Of a stretch of DNA of 64,000 nt, positions 28,242 to 46,069 are shown piece by piece. Below the pieces are notes generated by a model. The model did no database searches and was not told the DNA's origin. It saw nothing but the letters and a program-made list of their open reading frames with translations. Positions within the stretch are counted from its first letter, which is position 1. Each line of letters opens with the position of its first letter. Origin of the DNA: the human T2T-CHM13v2.0 reference genome, Homo sapiens. Where the stretch lies: NCBI RefSeq assembly GCF_009914755.1, contig NC_060930.1. The stretch is one strand, 5' to 3'. A program made the translations under genes and the position numbers.

Positions 28242-28990
28242 TGTAGTAAGGAATTTAGCTTTACCTAAACTGAGGTTTTTTCCTTTGCCCAGAAAGGGAA
28301 CCTCTAAATCCTTATAATTTCTCAAATGATAGGCATGTCTTTGTTATTCAAGGTGGGCTCTGGGAACAACACCTGACAGTTTATGCTAACAAGGTGACTC
28401 AGAGTGGAGGCAGAAAGCCCAACCATGAGATTTTAGGGCTGGGTCTTTGGGCCACATGAAACCAGCCTGATCTTCAGGGAGGAACAGGGGTTGAAGATTG
28501 AGTTCCACAAAATGGGTAACAATTCAACCAACCAATCCTACATAATGAAGCATCAATAAATGCTGGATGCTGAAGCTCAGGTGAGCTTGCGATACTGCAT
28601 GTGTACTGTCACATGATGATGTCCACAGGAGAACCCACCTCTGAGGACAAAGAAGCTTCATGTTTAGAACTTTCCCAGATGATGTTTATGCATCTCTTCC
28701 TATAACTGGATCTAATTTGTATCCTTTTACTACAATAAAACTCTTATAAGTTTAGTACTTTCCTGAGTTCTGTGAATCATTCTAGGAAACTATCTAACCT
28801 GGCCATGGAAAAACCTCGAATTTGTAGCCAGCTAGTCCGAAGTGGGGGTGGTCCTGGGGACTCACAAATATGTGTCTTGCGTCTGGAGTGAGGAGATTCT
28901 AAAAGGGAGTATTCTCACAGACTTTGCAGTTTGGCAAACATTGCAGTTAGTGTCACGAGTCTTGGGTGGACATGGCAGTCTGGAGGACTG
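28242..28990 (+). mobile_element. Solo LTR, MER21-like
   Basis: tgtagtaaggaatttagc...gtttatgctaacaaggtgactc...ttcctgagttctgtgaatcattctag typical of MER21 (from memory). Confidence 0.7.
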
Positions 28991-29341
28991 TGCTGCCAAC
29001 CTTTCTGGCTAACGCTGGGAACACATACTAAAACTACAGACCAGAAGCATTCATTTCTCTGGGACACATGCCTTGGATGCCCTGAATATCTGGATGTTCT
29101 CAGGAACCAATATGAATTAAGTAGGAAGAGAATGGAGGGATCTTTAGACAGTGAGTTATTTCCATCACTTTTTCCCCCCCAAATCTCACTTTTGCAGATC
29201 TGTCTTCCAAGCTCCCTTTACTTCTGAAGCAACAGGTATGAGGATTACATTAGGTAAAAACACTTTTTAAACAGTTTGCTACACCAATGTTTTACACTTA
29301 TTAGTTAATGTCACTGATTTGTGGACATTGAAGAAACTGAC

Positions 29342-29446
29342 CTGCGTGCCAGGTACAGCGGCAGCTCCAAAGGGGGGCCTCATCATGGGCTGTGCAAACA
29401 TGACCGGCTGCTGAGGCATCATGGGCATGCCTGTCCCAGCAGGAGG
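29342..29446 (-). CDS. SNAP91: AP180 exon PPAGTGMPMMPQQPVMFAQPMMRPPFGAAAVPGTQ (105 nt, phase 0-0)
   Basis: ctcctcag|CCT ... CAG|gtcagt; in frame with neighbours. Confidence 0.96.
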
Positions 29447-30101
29447 CTGAGGAGGAAGAATGGAGAGTGGTTCAGAGCATGAGTGGAACTCACTAGGGCA
29501 CTATCCTGACATTTATTGCTTTTATGTACTTCTGACAATATTTGAGGAATCCAGGACTATGAGGAAGCATAATTTGTAATTTTAATTAGGGATAATGTGA
29601 GGCTGTACTGTGAGGGAGAGAGTCGCTAAGGTGGGTGGGTAGCATAAGCCTGGTTGGCCACATGGTATCCCCATCCCAACCAAGCTTTGTTGTTGTTTAT
29701 TCATCTTCTGTAAGCATAATTCTTGGAAAGAGAAAAATTTGTTTCTTTATGAAAGATGGTCCTAAAATTGGCTGGTAAAATTGGTGAGTAAAAAGTCCTA
29801 GTATAATAATGAAGGGTTGATTTTGATGATTGGGCTAATACTATATTTTGTAAATTTTATAGCAAAAATGATATAACAATGTACTATAGAAATTAATTTG
29901 ATGGTAGAACATAAGTATTTTATAACTCATTTTATCACTTCATGTGTAGACTACCTAAGGTTTAAAGCAGATGACAACTTTTTAAGTTTTACTTACTGTG
30001 TTTTGGGAAAAATTATATTCTGTAGGAATACTTAGTAATTTGGGATTTGGCAAATTATTTAGAAATGTTGATTACAATTTTTAGCACACGTCATCACTCA
30101 C

Positions 30102-30185
30102 CATTCCAAATCCTGCTCCAGGTTGTCCAACCGATGGGGCCCCGGCAACAGGAGGAACTGAACTGGTTGGAGGTACAGCTCCTTG
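30102..30185 (-). CDS. SNAP91: AP180 exon QGAVPPTSSVPPVAGAPSVGQPGAGFGM (84 nt, phase 0-0)
   Basis: tgtgtag|CAA ... ATG|gtgagt. Confidence 0.96.
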
Positions 30186-30281
30186 CTACACAGATAGACA
30201 GACATACACATATAAATAACACAAAAACACACAAACACATGCACGACAATAAACAAACAAAAAGAACAATATAATTTGGTA

Positions 30282-30583
30282 TTTATTTATTTATTTTAAA
30301 GATGGGGTCTCACTGCATTGCCCAGGCTGGAGTACGATGGCATGATCACAGCTCACTGCAGCCTCGAACTCCTGGACTCAAGCAATTCTCCCACTTCAGC
30401 CTACTGAATAGCTGGGACCATGGGCACATGCTGCCATGGCTGACCAATTTTTAAAAATTTTTTTGTAGAGATGGGTCATGCTATGCTGTGTAGGCTGGTC
30501 TCAAGCTCCTGGCCTCAAGCAGTCCTCCTGCCTTGGCCTCCCAAAATGCTGGGATTACAGGCATGAGCCACTGTACCAAGCCG
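30282..30583 (-). mobile_element. AluJ
   Basis: Reverse Alu; ataatttggt on both flanks. Confidence 0.9.
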
Positions 30584-30962
30584 AACATAATTTGGTTTTA
30601 AAATGACAGAATTTTAAAGTGAATGCATGCCAAATATGTATGAGTGGATATGTAAAGAAAATCTCAAATTTCAGTTTTAAATTTAAAAAGGAAAATGGTT
30701 CTAGCACCACATCAATGATATAAACAAGACTACTGACTTGATGTTCTCTGTTATAGAGTCATTTGGACTTGCTGGCTTGCAGTTTGCTCATAACATTGGG
30801 CTTCCTCTGTATCTTTTTAGACCCATCCTCCCTGGAAATGAGTCAAACTTCCCTAAGCTTGTCTTTTCCTATCATTATATCCTCTAATGGTATTGGGTTA
30901 GACATTTGAGGATTGTTCTAATCTTTCTATATGGCTCTAATTTGTATTAAGCAAGGTTTTTA

Positions 30963-31290
30963 GGTGGATGTGGTGGCTCATGCCTGTAATCCCAGCATAT
31001 TAGGAGGCTGAGGCAGGAGAATCACTTGAGGCCAGGAGTTTAGGACCAGCAACATAGCGGTATGGGCAACATAGCAAGAACCCATCTCCACAAAATATTT
31101 TTTAGAAGTTAGCTGGGCCTAATTTTTGGTGGTGTGTGCCTGTAGTCTTAGCTACTCGGGAGGCTGAGGTGGGAGGACAGCCTCAGTCCAGAGCTTGAGA
31201 ATGCAGTGAGTTGTAATAGCACCACTGTACTTCAGCCTGTGGACAAAGTGAGACCCTGTCTCTAAAAAAACATCAATAACAACAACAAAA
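30963..31290 (+). mobile_element. AluJ
   Basis: Forward Alu dimer with internal gcaacatagc duplication. Confidence 0.9.
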
Positions 31291-31673
31291 GCTTCCATCA
31301 AAGAAAAACCCAGAACTAGATATCTTCATTGGTGAATTCTACCAAATGTATAAAGAATTAATACCAATTCTTCTCAAGCTTTTTAAAATAAAGAAAAGGT
31401 AACACTTTCTAATCATTCTTTGATGCTGGTATTACCCTGACACCAAAGGCAAACAAAGAAATCACAAACAAAAGAAAACTACAGCGCGATATTCCTTATG
31501 ACTGTTGATGAAAAAATTCTCAACAAAATACTAGCATACTGGATCCAGCAGCATATTAAAAGATTATACACCATGACCAGGTTTTACCCAGGAATGCAAG
31601 GTTGGCTTAATATATGAAAATTAACCAATGCAATACACCATATTAATAGAATAAAAGAAAAAAATTACATGAT

Positions 31674-32520
31674 TATAGTTAACTCTTATAATTTATGTTA
31701 TCTCAGCATCTATTTTGGATACACCTTTAATTTTCTCATATCAGAAGCAGGGCTTAGTCACTCTTGATACAATTTCTAGTTCTCTGCCTCCTCCCAGTTC
31801 CTTAAGGTGGTCATCTAGATATCTGCTTCATACCATCACCTTCCCTATGGGATAGCTAGATACAACCTACTTGATTTACCCTACTGTCCCCCACACTCTG
31901 CAGAGCTAACTGTGCATATACGCCACAACAACCAACTCTCAGTCACAGCATCATTCCATGGAACTTCTGCCTGCTTGCTGTAAACCTACCAATTAAATTC
32001 CTGTGGGAAACCTGCTTAGGTGATATCCTGGACCCCAATAAAGGCCTTGGCCCACAGATCCCTCACTCTCACTCTCTTTTGCTCCTACCCACTGGTTGAA
32101 CACATGTGTCCTGGATGGCTCCCCACTTCCCTTTGGCATGCTGCCCTCTTCTCCCTGGGATCTGTAACTTTTATTACTTACAGATTCTGTAATTTCATGT
32201 GTTTTATTGTATGCCTCCTCTGTGTCTCACTTGACTGACACCTAACTTCTTTGCAGGTCAAGTTCTCTTAGAGAGTGGCTATCTTGGTAGAAATAAACAA
32301 CACAAGTTAGACAAGAGCCACAAGGGCATTTGCCAGTATAAACAAGCTTCCTGTGAACGAGACATCTTAGACATGAGGCTTCCCACCACAATAAAGAAGT
32401 ATCCCATGAAAAACACACTGTAAACAGCAACCCGCTTTTGAGGCCTGTCAGGGCAGGGTTAGAGTTTGCAGCCACTTTCCTAAGAGAGACCTCAAAAATG
32501 AATAAGGGAAAATCACAACA
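31674..32520 (+). mobile_element. ERV1 solo LTR (MER66/MER73/LTR48 group)
   Basis: tatagttaactcttataattt...aaaatcacaaca, flanked by atgat; L1 sequence resumes on both sides. Confidence 0.75.
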
Positions 32521-33552
32521 ATGATCATCTCAATAGATGCAGAAAAGCTGTTTGACGAAGTCCAACAGCTTTTCATGACAAAAAATACTCAACGAACTAG
32601 AAAAGCAGGGAAATTCCTCAACCCAATAAAGGGTATCTACAAAAGCCCACAGCTAACATCATACTTAGTGACTGAAAAAAAATGACTGAAAACTTTCTAC
32701 CTAAAAACAAGACAAGGAGGTTATGAAAGTTCTAAGTCAGGGCAGTTAGCAGGAAAAAGCAAGAAATGGCATCCAGGTGGGAAAGAAAGAATGAAACTAT
32801 CTCTATTCATCGATGGCACAATCTTTCTTTTATACAGAAATCCCTAAAGAATCCATATACAACAAAACTGTCAAAGCTAATAAACATGTTCTTCAAAGTT
32901 GCAGGATACAAGACCAATATACAAAACTCAGTGCAGTGTTCCTGTGGAACTAGCAATGAATAATCGAAAAATTTAATTATGAAAACAGTTCCATTTATAA
33001 TAGCATCAACAATAAAATATTAAAAAATAAATTTAACAGAAGTATGAGACTTGAACACTGCAACTATAGAACATTGTTGAAAGAAATTAAAGAAGAACTA
33101 AATAAATGGAAAGACACCCTTTGTTCATGGGTTGGAAGACTTAACATTAAGATGGCAATAATCTGCAAATTGCTACACAGATTCAATGAAATCCCTATCA
33201 AAATTTCAACCACTTTTTTTTGGAGAAATGGATAATCTGAACCTAAAATTTATATAAAAATGCAAGAGAACCAGGATAGCCAAAACAGTTTTGAAAAAGA
33301 ACAAATTTGGGGGAATCACACTTCCTGGTTTCAAAACTTAATAGAAAGGTACATTAATCAAAACAGTGTGGTACTAGCATAAAGACAGACATATAGATCA
33401 ACACAAGCAAATAAAGAGTCTGGAAATAAACCCATACCTCTATGGTTAATTTTTTTTTCTCTTTCTTAAATTATCCAGCCCAATATGTCAGACGGTCAAT
33501 TAATTTTTGACAAGGTTATCAAAACCAATTAATCAAGAAAGAATAGGCTCTT

Positions 33553-33903
33553 CCTTTCTTTCTTTCTCTTTTCTTTTTTTTTTTTTATATATATATACAG
33601 GATCTTGCTCTGTCACTGAGGCTGGAGTGCAGTGGCATGATCATGGCTCACTGCGGCCTCTAGTTCCCTGGCTCAAGTGATTCTCTACTTCCCTGGATCA
33701 AGCAATCCTCTAATTTCAGCCTCCTCAGTAGGTGGAACCACAGGTGCATGCCACTGCACCCGGCTAATTTTATTTTATTTTTTGTAGAGATAGAGTCTCA
33801 TTATGTTGCCCAGGCTAGTCTCAGACTCCTGAGCTCAAGTAATCCATACATCTTAGCTTTCCAAAGTACTGGGATTAGAGGCATGAGCTGTTGTACCCAG
33901 CCA
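33553..33903 (-). mobile_element. AluJ
   Basis: Reverse Alu within L1M; agaatag on both flanks. Confidence 0.9.
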
Positions 33904-34336
33904 GAATAGTCCTTTAAACAAATGATTCTGAGACAACTGAACCTCCACATGCAAAACGATAAATTTGGACCCCTATCATATTAAAAAACGAGCTCAAAAT
34001 AGGTCAAAAATTTAATGTAAGAGGTAAAACTATAAAACTCCTGGAAAGAAACAGGTAAAAAATTTCAAGACCTATGATTAAGGCAATAGTTTTTAAAAAT
34101 ATGACACCAAAAGCACAAGTAATAAAAGAAAAAATAGATAAATTGGAGTTTATCAAAATTAAGAACTTTTGTGCATCAAAGGACACTATCAAGAAAATGA
34201 AGAGCTAACTCACAGAATGAGATAAAAATATTGGCAAATCATTTATCTGATAAGCATCTAGTATCCCGAATATTTAAAGATCTCTTTCAACTCCATAATA
34301 AAAAGACAACCCAATTATAAAATGGGCTAAGGATGT

Positions 34337-34888
34337 TATAGGGTAGCAGAATATGCCACCCCAAAATATGACACTTTGGCATAATAATTACTTTGAGCTG
34401 AAGGCAACTGAAAAGAAGCCTTTTCAGGCTTCAGTACATCACTCTCACTATTTGGAACATAAATTTACAGAGATATTTCTCCTCCCCTCTCTATCAGGGA
34501 CAAAAGTTCATCACCAGAGATAACTTGAGACCCTAATCAGCCTGAGAGGGCATCAGAACAAAATGCAAAACAAACTTGACTAATTAGCCTTGAACTGCCA
34601 TTAGTTTCCCATATATTTGCCACCTTAGAGAGTCAAAGTCCTTTTCCTTTGTCTTGTGACTTCTCTAAAAATATATTGTTCCTTTGCTAAGATGCCATCT
34701 AAGCCCATGTTCTAATCAAGCCTCTGAGTTACTCACCCTGAGTGCTCCCATGTGTAAGCATGATGCATGTGCTAATAACTTCTGTTTGTTTTATTATTTT
34801 TAATTTGTCTTTGATCAGTCCAATGTTCACAGCCCCAGCCAGAGAGTGTAGGAGGGTAGTAGGAAAAAAGAATTTTTCCTCCCCTACA
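34337..34888 (+). mobile_element. Solo LTR, MER34-like
   Basis: agaatatgccaccccaaaatatg...tttgagctgaaggcaa start and ttcctcccctaca end. Confidence 0.75.
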
Positions 34889-35899
34889 ACATAAATAGAC
34901 CTTTCTCTAAAGAAGATATACAAATGATCAATACACACATGAAAAGATGTTAAACACTGTTAGTCATTAGGGAAATGCATATCAATGCCACAATGAAATA
35001 CCACTTCATGCTCATTAGAATGATATAATAAATAATGAAATGAAAAATAACAATTGTTGGGAGGATATAGAGAACTTGAAACCCTATGTATTGCTGGTGG
35101 CAATGTAAAATAATGTAGCTGCTATGGAAACGCTTGGCAGTTCCTCAAAAGTTAAACATCGACTTACACATGACCCAGAGTTCTATTCCTAGGTATATTC
35201 CAAATAGAACTGAGGATATACGCTCATATGGAAACTCATATATGATAATAAAAATCTATTATGTGTAATAGAAACAACATAAGTGTTCATCAACTGATGA
35301 ATGGATAAACAAAATGTGGTATATCCATAAAATGAAATATATTCAGCCATAAAAATGGAGTACTGATACATGCTTCGACATGGATAAACCTAGAAAATGT
35401 TATGCTAAGTAAAAGAAGCCAGGCATAAAAGGCTCTAAGGGTAAGGGGAAATTGAAAGGGACTGTTTCTTTTAGGGGTGATGGAAATATTCTGAAATTAG
35501 ATAATGGTGATGGTTTCACAATGCTGTAAATATACTAAGAATCATTGAATTGTATACTTTAAGTTGTTAAAATAGTGAATTTAAATGTTATGTGAATTTT
35601 ATCTCAATAAAAATTTTTTCAAAAGAAAGAAAATACCTATAAAATTATATTTCATATTAATGCTTTACCCATCATTTCAACAGGGTAGGTGGTAGGCTAT
35701 TTACCAGACCTGAATTGCATCATTAGGACTTCAGGCTATGAAAGAGAAAAGGGCTTTATTAGCTTTAAAAGCAAAATGAACCTGCAGAAATTCCTGATCA
35801 AATAAATGGTCAAATAGTTTGAAGAAATTGTCTGAGTTAGTCATTTTGCTGAAATGGTAGATTAACTCTTACATTCAGTGGTGATAAGTTTTTAATTGG

Positions 35900-36509
35900 G
35901 ATGCCACTTGACTGGTGCAGCTCTAGCACCTTGAGTTCTCATGTAAGCAAAATGAAGCCCAACATAAATAATAAAATGAAACTAGAGACTTTACCAATCA
36001 GAAATTGCCAACGAACAGATTCTAACTGGAGACTTTATCAAGCAGAGATCAACAACTAACCTCTAATTATGGTCCTTCTATTCTGATCAACAAAATATAT
36101 TTTGTTGTACTTCTTTATCAGCCAATAAAAGTTCATGGTCCACACTGCTGTGCTGGAGCTCTCTGAACCTCTTCTGTTTCCGAGAGGTACCTGATTCATG
36201 GATCATTCTTCACTTAAATAAACTCTGTTAAACTTGCATAATCATAGCTCACCGTAGGCTCAAACACTTGGGCTCAAGCAATCCTCCTGCCTCAGCCTCT
36301 CATATAGCTCTTACTACAGGCATGTGCCACCACACCCAGCTAACTTTTTAATTTTTCTAGAGATGGGGCCTCACTATGCTGCCCAGGCTAGCCTCAAATT
36401 CCTGGCCTCAAGTGATCCCCCCGCCTCAGTTTCTGGGAGTATATGGGTGAGTTATCGCACCCAGCTCAACTTTGTTAAATTTATTTTGTCTAAAGCTTTT
36501 CTTTTAACA
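35900..36509 (+). mobile_element. MER31/MER67-like LTR with truncated minus-strand AluJ (36236-36467) nested
   Basis: gagctctctgaacctcttct...aataaactctgttaaa...tttcttttaaca; Alu TSD aact(c/t)tgttaaa. Confidence 0.65.
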
Positions 36510-36586
36510 GTGATCTTCCTGCAAAATGCACATATTTCTGAATTGCAAATGTCTTACCACTTGTTCGATAAAAACTTAACAGGTCT

Positions 36587-37742
36587 TAATTCAAGATGGA
36601 TTAAAGACTTAAATGTTAGACCGAAAACCATAAAAACCCTAGAACACCTAGGCAATACCATTCAGGACATAGGCACGGGCAAGGACTTCATGTCTAAAAC
36701 ACCAAAAGCAATGGCAACAAAAGCCAAAATTGACAAATGGGATCAATGAAACGAAAGAGCTTCTGCACAGCAAAAGAAACTACCATCAGAGTGAACAGGC
36801 AACCTACAGAATGGGAGAAAATTTTTGCGATCTACTCATCTGACAAAGGGCTAATATCCAGAATCCTCAAAGAACTCAAACAAATTTACAAGAAAAAAAC
36901 AAACAACCCCATCAAAAAGTGGGTGAAGGATATGAATAGACACTTCTCAAAAGAAGACATGCAGCCAAAAGACACATGAAAAAAAGCTCATCATCACTGG
37001 CCATCAGAGAAATGCAAATCAAAACCACAATGAGATACCATCTCACACCAATTAGGATGGCGATCATTAAAAAGTCAGGAAACAACAGGTGCTAGAGAGG
37101 ATGTGAAGAAATAGGAACACTTTTACACTGTTGGTGGGACTGTAAACTAGTTCAACCATTGTGGAAGTCAGTGTTGTGATTCCTCAGGGATCTAGAACTA
37201 GAAATACCATTTGACCCAGCCATCCCATTACTGGGTATATACCCAAAGGATTATAAATCATGCTGCTATAAAGACACATGCACACGTATGTTTATTGTGG
37301 CACTATTCACAATAGCAAAGACTTGGAACCAACCCAAATGTCCAACAATGATAGACTGGATTAAGAAAATGTGGCACATATACACCATGGACTACTATGC
37401 AGCCATAAAAAAGGATGAGTTCACGTCTTTTGTAGGGACATGGATAAAGCTGGAAACCATCATTCTCAGCAAACTGTCACAAGGACAAAAAACCAAACAC
37501 CGCATGTTCTCACTCATAGGTGGGAATTGAACAATGAGAACACTTGGACACAGGAAGGGGAACATCACACACTGGGGCCTGTTGTGGGATGGGGGGAGTG
37601 GGGAGGGATAGCATTAGGAGATATACCTAATGTAAATGATGAGTTAATGGGTGCAGCACACCAACATGGCACATGTATACATATGTAAGAAACCTGCACG
37701 TTGTGCACATTAAAGTATAATAATAATAATAATAATAATAAT
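36587..37742 (+). mobile_element. 5'-truncated L1PA (about L1PA4/5), tail converted to (TAA)n
   Basis: ORF2 C-terminus and 3'UTR; TSD aacttaa(c/t)aggtct at 36573-36586 and 37743-37756. Confidence 0.95.
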
Positions 37743-38860
37743 AACTTAATAGGTCTGCTGTGCACTGTAAAACAGGAATAAGTAACCCAGGAAGCACAGG
37801 GCTCCTGATGGCCATGATGACAGAGCCCTGCCAGCAGACGTAGTTCAATATTCAAGTCCTGCTAAGGTTTTTAGATCTAACTTGGGTTCTGTGATCTGAA
37901 AAGTGTTATAGCTACACCTCTAAGAAGCAATTAAGGGAAATTTGGAATAAGTGGGGAAAAGTAATCTTACTGCTTATCTATCAATAAAAACTTTAAAAAG
38001 GCAGCAAAAGGATTCCCCTTCCCAAATCTGCATCCTTCATCTCCTTCTCAATAGCAAAGACCTGTAGATTACAAGGAAAATTTGGAAACACTGCTTTGCT
38101 GCTTCTGAAGCACTTGTTTCTGGTGTCTCTAGCTTCTTTTCCTTGAGTATTCCTAGAAAGAGACTATAAAGGAATAGAAGGTTGGAAGAGATCAACTGGG
38201 GAGGCAGGGTGTAAAGGTATGTTGGAGAAAGCTGAAATAGTTCCCTCAGAATAATTTCTTAAGTAAAAGCAAAGCCACAGCTTTGTTAGGAAAGAACAGC
38301 TTTGTAAAAAATAAAATGGAGTATCTATATAAAAGAATATAGATAAAACTAAGAATTAATAAAGATAAAATAACTATGCATAAGAGAGCCTGTATATTGT
38401 GGTGTAAAATGCTAAGTAAAATAAAAGAAATAAAACTTTATGTAACTCTTTATTGTAACAAATAGTTTCTATTGTTCTAATTTCTCTTTCCGTAGCTGCT
38501 GTGGATACTTTATGCTAAAACTTTCCATATTTCACTTTCTGGGGTTTAATTACCAATAATTAAAATTTTTCTGCTTCATAAACAAAAATAAAGAGTTTTG
38601 GGGTTAAAAAAATGAGACAATCTCAGTCTGTGAAAGTGCCTACCAATCAGTCAGCAGCTTTGTTATCCTAAAGATGCAAAACAGTTGTTAATTAAGTACT
38701 TGATGAATTCTTAACTTTGCACAGTTAAGTCTTGATCTCAGGGTGGGTAATGGCCAAGGAAGTTCTTCAACTTAATATTACTTTTAAAGTGCTTTTCCCT
38801 TGTTCCCTTCTGGGTTAGTGGCCTCATTATTTGGCAAACTGCCTCACACAGAAACCTGGA

Positions 38861-41366
<2,506 letters not shown>

Positions 41367-41475
41367 CTGGGCAACCACTGTCTTAGTTGCCTCATCCATA
41401 AAAATCCCCACTTGTGTGGATTCTAACTGAAAATTTGTCTTCTTCTCTTCCTTTCTACCCTAACTCAGGCTCTAA

Positions 41476-41831
<356 letters not shown>

Positions 41832-42353
41832 TAATGTTCTCACCACCTTGCCTTCCAATACCCCTAACTCACTTTAGACTGTGCTACTACCAGTGATTGT
41901 TCTGAAACTAACTTGTTAAAAAACAAAAGTTTTATCCTGGTGATAAGGGCAACATCACGAAAGTATAAATTCCTTAGAACAACAAATAAGGCCTTTCTAA
42001 TTCTGCACAGAAGGGAATAGGAAAATTAATTCCTTTACTTTGATAATGATAATATAGATTACATTGTGAGATTTAATGTCATTATGTAGTATTAACAGAC
42101 TCACCAAATCAGTTCTAAAAAAGCTTTTTTCTTCCTTTGGGAATTTTATTCAGATTTATTTACTCTCTCTCCTCCTTCCCACAGCAAAATAGAGGCTATC
42201 AAATGTTTCATACCTAAGAATGGAGGGCAGCTCCCTGGGCTGGAGTGCTACTTGCACAAGAGAGTTTTTCTAAGAGAGTAGTGGGAAAGTGGGACTAAAG
42301 ACTTGTAGCAAACAAGTTGTGGGTAATTCCAAATGTGGGCTGAGGGGCCTTAG

Positions 42354-43277
<924 letters not shown>

Positions 43278-44243
43278 TAGAATTTATATTAATTTACTTC
43301 TTGCATGTTTGTTTGGCTGGCGGTGATGAATGATGATTAAGAATTATTTCAGGTAACAAGGAAAGGATAACATCAAGAAAGCCTTAGAGATGGGTTTGAT
43401 TTAGATAGGTGGAGGTGGTAAGCAAAGGTGGAAAACTGCCAGTAAGTTTGGGAAACAGTGATTAGCTTAGTTTTGCTAAACACAGAGTGCATATAGAAAA
43501 ATTATACAGTTTGCTACTCTGAAAACACGTTCTTTTTGTGTCAGCAAATTTCACAAAGCAATAGTTAGTCTTTATTTCCAGTCATGTGTTCTTTCCCAGA
43601 GTGAATGGCAGTATTAATATATTAATAGAAATTTAAAATACAGACATGAAATCTATTTAAACCTTATAGAAAAGATGGTGTGAGTAGTTTCAATTTTTAA
43701 AATGGTGAGCAAAAGTAATAGGATTTTAAAATGAACTTACACAATAAAAAACTGCCCAATCTTTCTGGTAGGAAAAAAAGTTATTACTTACTAAGACAAT
43801 CAGAAAATTTGGGCAAGAAATATGATAAGATAGATAAAATGATCAATGACATTAAGTGCTTTTGATAAATCATTTTCATAATTTTACAAATATGGAAGTA
43901 TAAATATTAATTAAAATATTTAAAATTTTTAAAAGGTCATAATCATTATTAAATATAAAGTCATTGGAATCTGCATTTTGGTAACTTCTGCATCTTGCTT
44001 AGTTTTTTCATCTTGCTTATTTACTCTCTCTCCCACTTCCCGCAGCAAAACAGAGGCTATCAAATGTTTTCATACCTAAGAATGGAGGGCAGCCCCCTGG
44101 GCTGGAGTGCTACTTGCTTATATTTCTTCAATGCAGAGGAATAAGTACACCGTCGGCAGCAAAGTTAGCAAAATGCACCCTACTTTACACACTTGGAAAC
44201 TGGCAAACTGCCTGCGCTGCCCTGGGCTCTGATTGCTACATAC

Positions 44244-44355
44244 CAAAGGTGCACTTGGTGGAACGCCTGCTGACCAGGTTGCTGGAGCTACTTTAGGCTG
44301 CCAGTTGGCTCCACCAGTCAACTTTTTCTCTCCAGCATTCCACTGAAGATCTCCC
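44244..44355 (-). CDS. SNAP91: AP180 exon (K)GDLQWNAGEKKLTGGANWQPKVAPATWSAGVPPSAPL (112 nt, phase 2-0)
   Basis: ttttag|GGG ... TTG|gtatgt; conserved AP180/CALM EKKLTGG.NWQPK motif. Confidence 0.97.
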
Positions 44356-45256
44356 CTAAAATTAACCATGCAAAACAAGCAAACAAACAAAAAAACACAA
44401 ATCAGAAAAAAATGGTGTGTGGCTCCTTAGATTATTTTATTTGGGTTTAAAAGCAGTTTATTTAGTCAAGTGGTATAGTAATAAGAACAGCAGTTAAAAC
44501 TTACAGAGGAATCTTGCCATGCTGTAACTAAGAAAGCTTAAAAGCATTTGAAAAAAAATCATTTAGAGTTTGGACCTCAATAAGTATAGGAATTTCCTAT
44601 CCTCTATAAAGAAAAGTATGTCAGAAAAATCCAACTGGATTCATTTGTTATTAAAAATGCAAATAAATATATCATATATACTGTACACTTCGATTTTGTT
44701 GAATTTAAGATGCACTGATGATGGCACTTTCTGGATCTTAGAGGGTTCAGCAGAATGTTTCACACAACTGTATCACGACTGCAACCTGCCTTACAGTGAT
44801 CGTAAGACACCATCCACTGAAAGATATGTCTCAATTTCAACGACAAAATATACATCTAAAAAAGAATATATTGTTTACCATTTTTACTATCTTTCCTTAC
44901 AATTAATACTCCATGAAAGACTTTTTAAAATTCATGTTAGCTAGAACTATGGTAATGAATCTAGAATGTAATGCTATTAAAATATTCAAGCCACAATTCC
45001 CAAATATTTCTAGATATAACTTAGTGACAATCTCGGAGATTGAAATAGATTATTCCTTTTCATTGCAAAGCAACAGTTTGGAGCTTCCAGTAGAATAACA
45101 ACAAAAATCTGGGATGAAATAAACACCAATTGTGAAATTATCTGAAATTATCTAGCATGAGAATGAATAATTACTCCAATGAGTAAAATGGTTGATAGTC
45201 TCAAATGAATACAAATATACCATCAAAAGGAAATCACATAATTTCCAAACACTTAC

Positions 45257-45287
45257 TTTTTTGTTGTGGTACCAGAAATTCCAAGAT
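45257..45287 (-). CDS. SNAP91: AP180 small exon NLGISGTTTK(K) (31 nt, phase 1-2)
   Basis: tttatag|ATC ... AAA|gtaagt; required to join the phase-1 and phase-2 neighbours. Confidence 0.95.
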
Positions 45288-45514
45288 CTATAAATGGATA
45301 AAAGAAAAAAGAATGTAAATCTCTACACTCAGTTTATATGATATGACATTTAAAAGATCAAATAATCAGAAGTCTATAAAAAAGTCCTTATTTTGCCTAG
45401 GAATGACTGCATTCAGTTATACAGAAAAGAAACTATATTAGGAAATATTTTCATAAATTAAAGATTTTCTTTTACTTCATGTTAGACTTAAGGATCCATT
45501 TTAATGTCAACTGG

Positions 45515-46042
45515 TGTCCAGAAAAGAGCAAACATAGCAGGTTTGATGCTGCTATTTTAGAAAGGCTGCTATCTGGGAACTTGGTTAGTAAATTGTTCTC
45601 TATACTAGGATAAAACTTGCCCTAAATGATAAAAGTGGATCACTGTGCCTACACTACTATTTGTACACATGATATGGTTTATGTTGAATATCCACTTTCA
45701 TTCTGCAAGTCTGAAATTTTGGCACATGCCAAGCAGAAATGCCTACATGATCACTGCCCAATAAATACTCTGGGTGTGGAGTCTCTAAAGGTCTTCTTTA
45801 GGCATAAACACCTCACACATGCTGCTGCATTTTTGTTGCTGGGTGAAGAGTGTGTTCTTCTCCTCAAGGGAGAGACATAGCTTAAGGAAGTCTGCATGTG
45901 GACTCTTCTAGACTCTGCTTGTCTTTTCCCCTTATCATCAGCCATATATCCTTCCTCTGCTTCCGTAATAAATCTCAGCTGTGAGTACAACGATGTGCTG
46001 AGTCCCATGTGTCCTTCTAGTGGCTCTGTGAATCCCTTGACA
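45515..46042 (+). mobile_element. Solo LTR, MER68-like
   Basis: tgtccagaaaagagcaaacatagcagg start; aataaatctcagctgtgagtacaac...gagtcc near end. Confidence 0.7.
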
Positions 46043-46069
46043 TAGTCGGCTTAATCAATCTGCTCTAAT

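Larger units (their letters stand above)
31291..35632 (+). mobile_element. Old L1M (L1MB-like) ORF2/3'UTR, interrupted by two LTRs and an Alu
   Basis: Degenerate ORF2 peptides ([25 protein letters not shown]); L1M 3' end tgtgaattttatctcaataaa. Confidence 0.85.

Noticed and set aside
42105-42114. 10-nt ag|AACTGATTTG|gtgagt unit
   Set aside because: Very short pyrimidine tract preceded by purines; too weak to call
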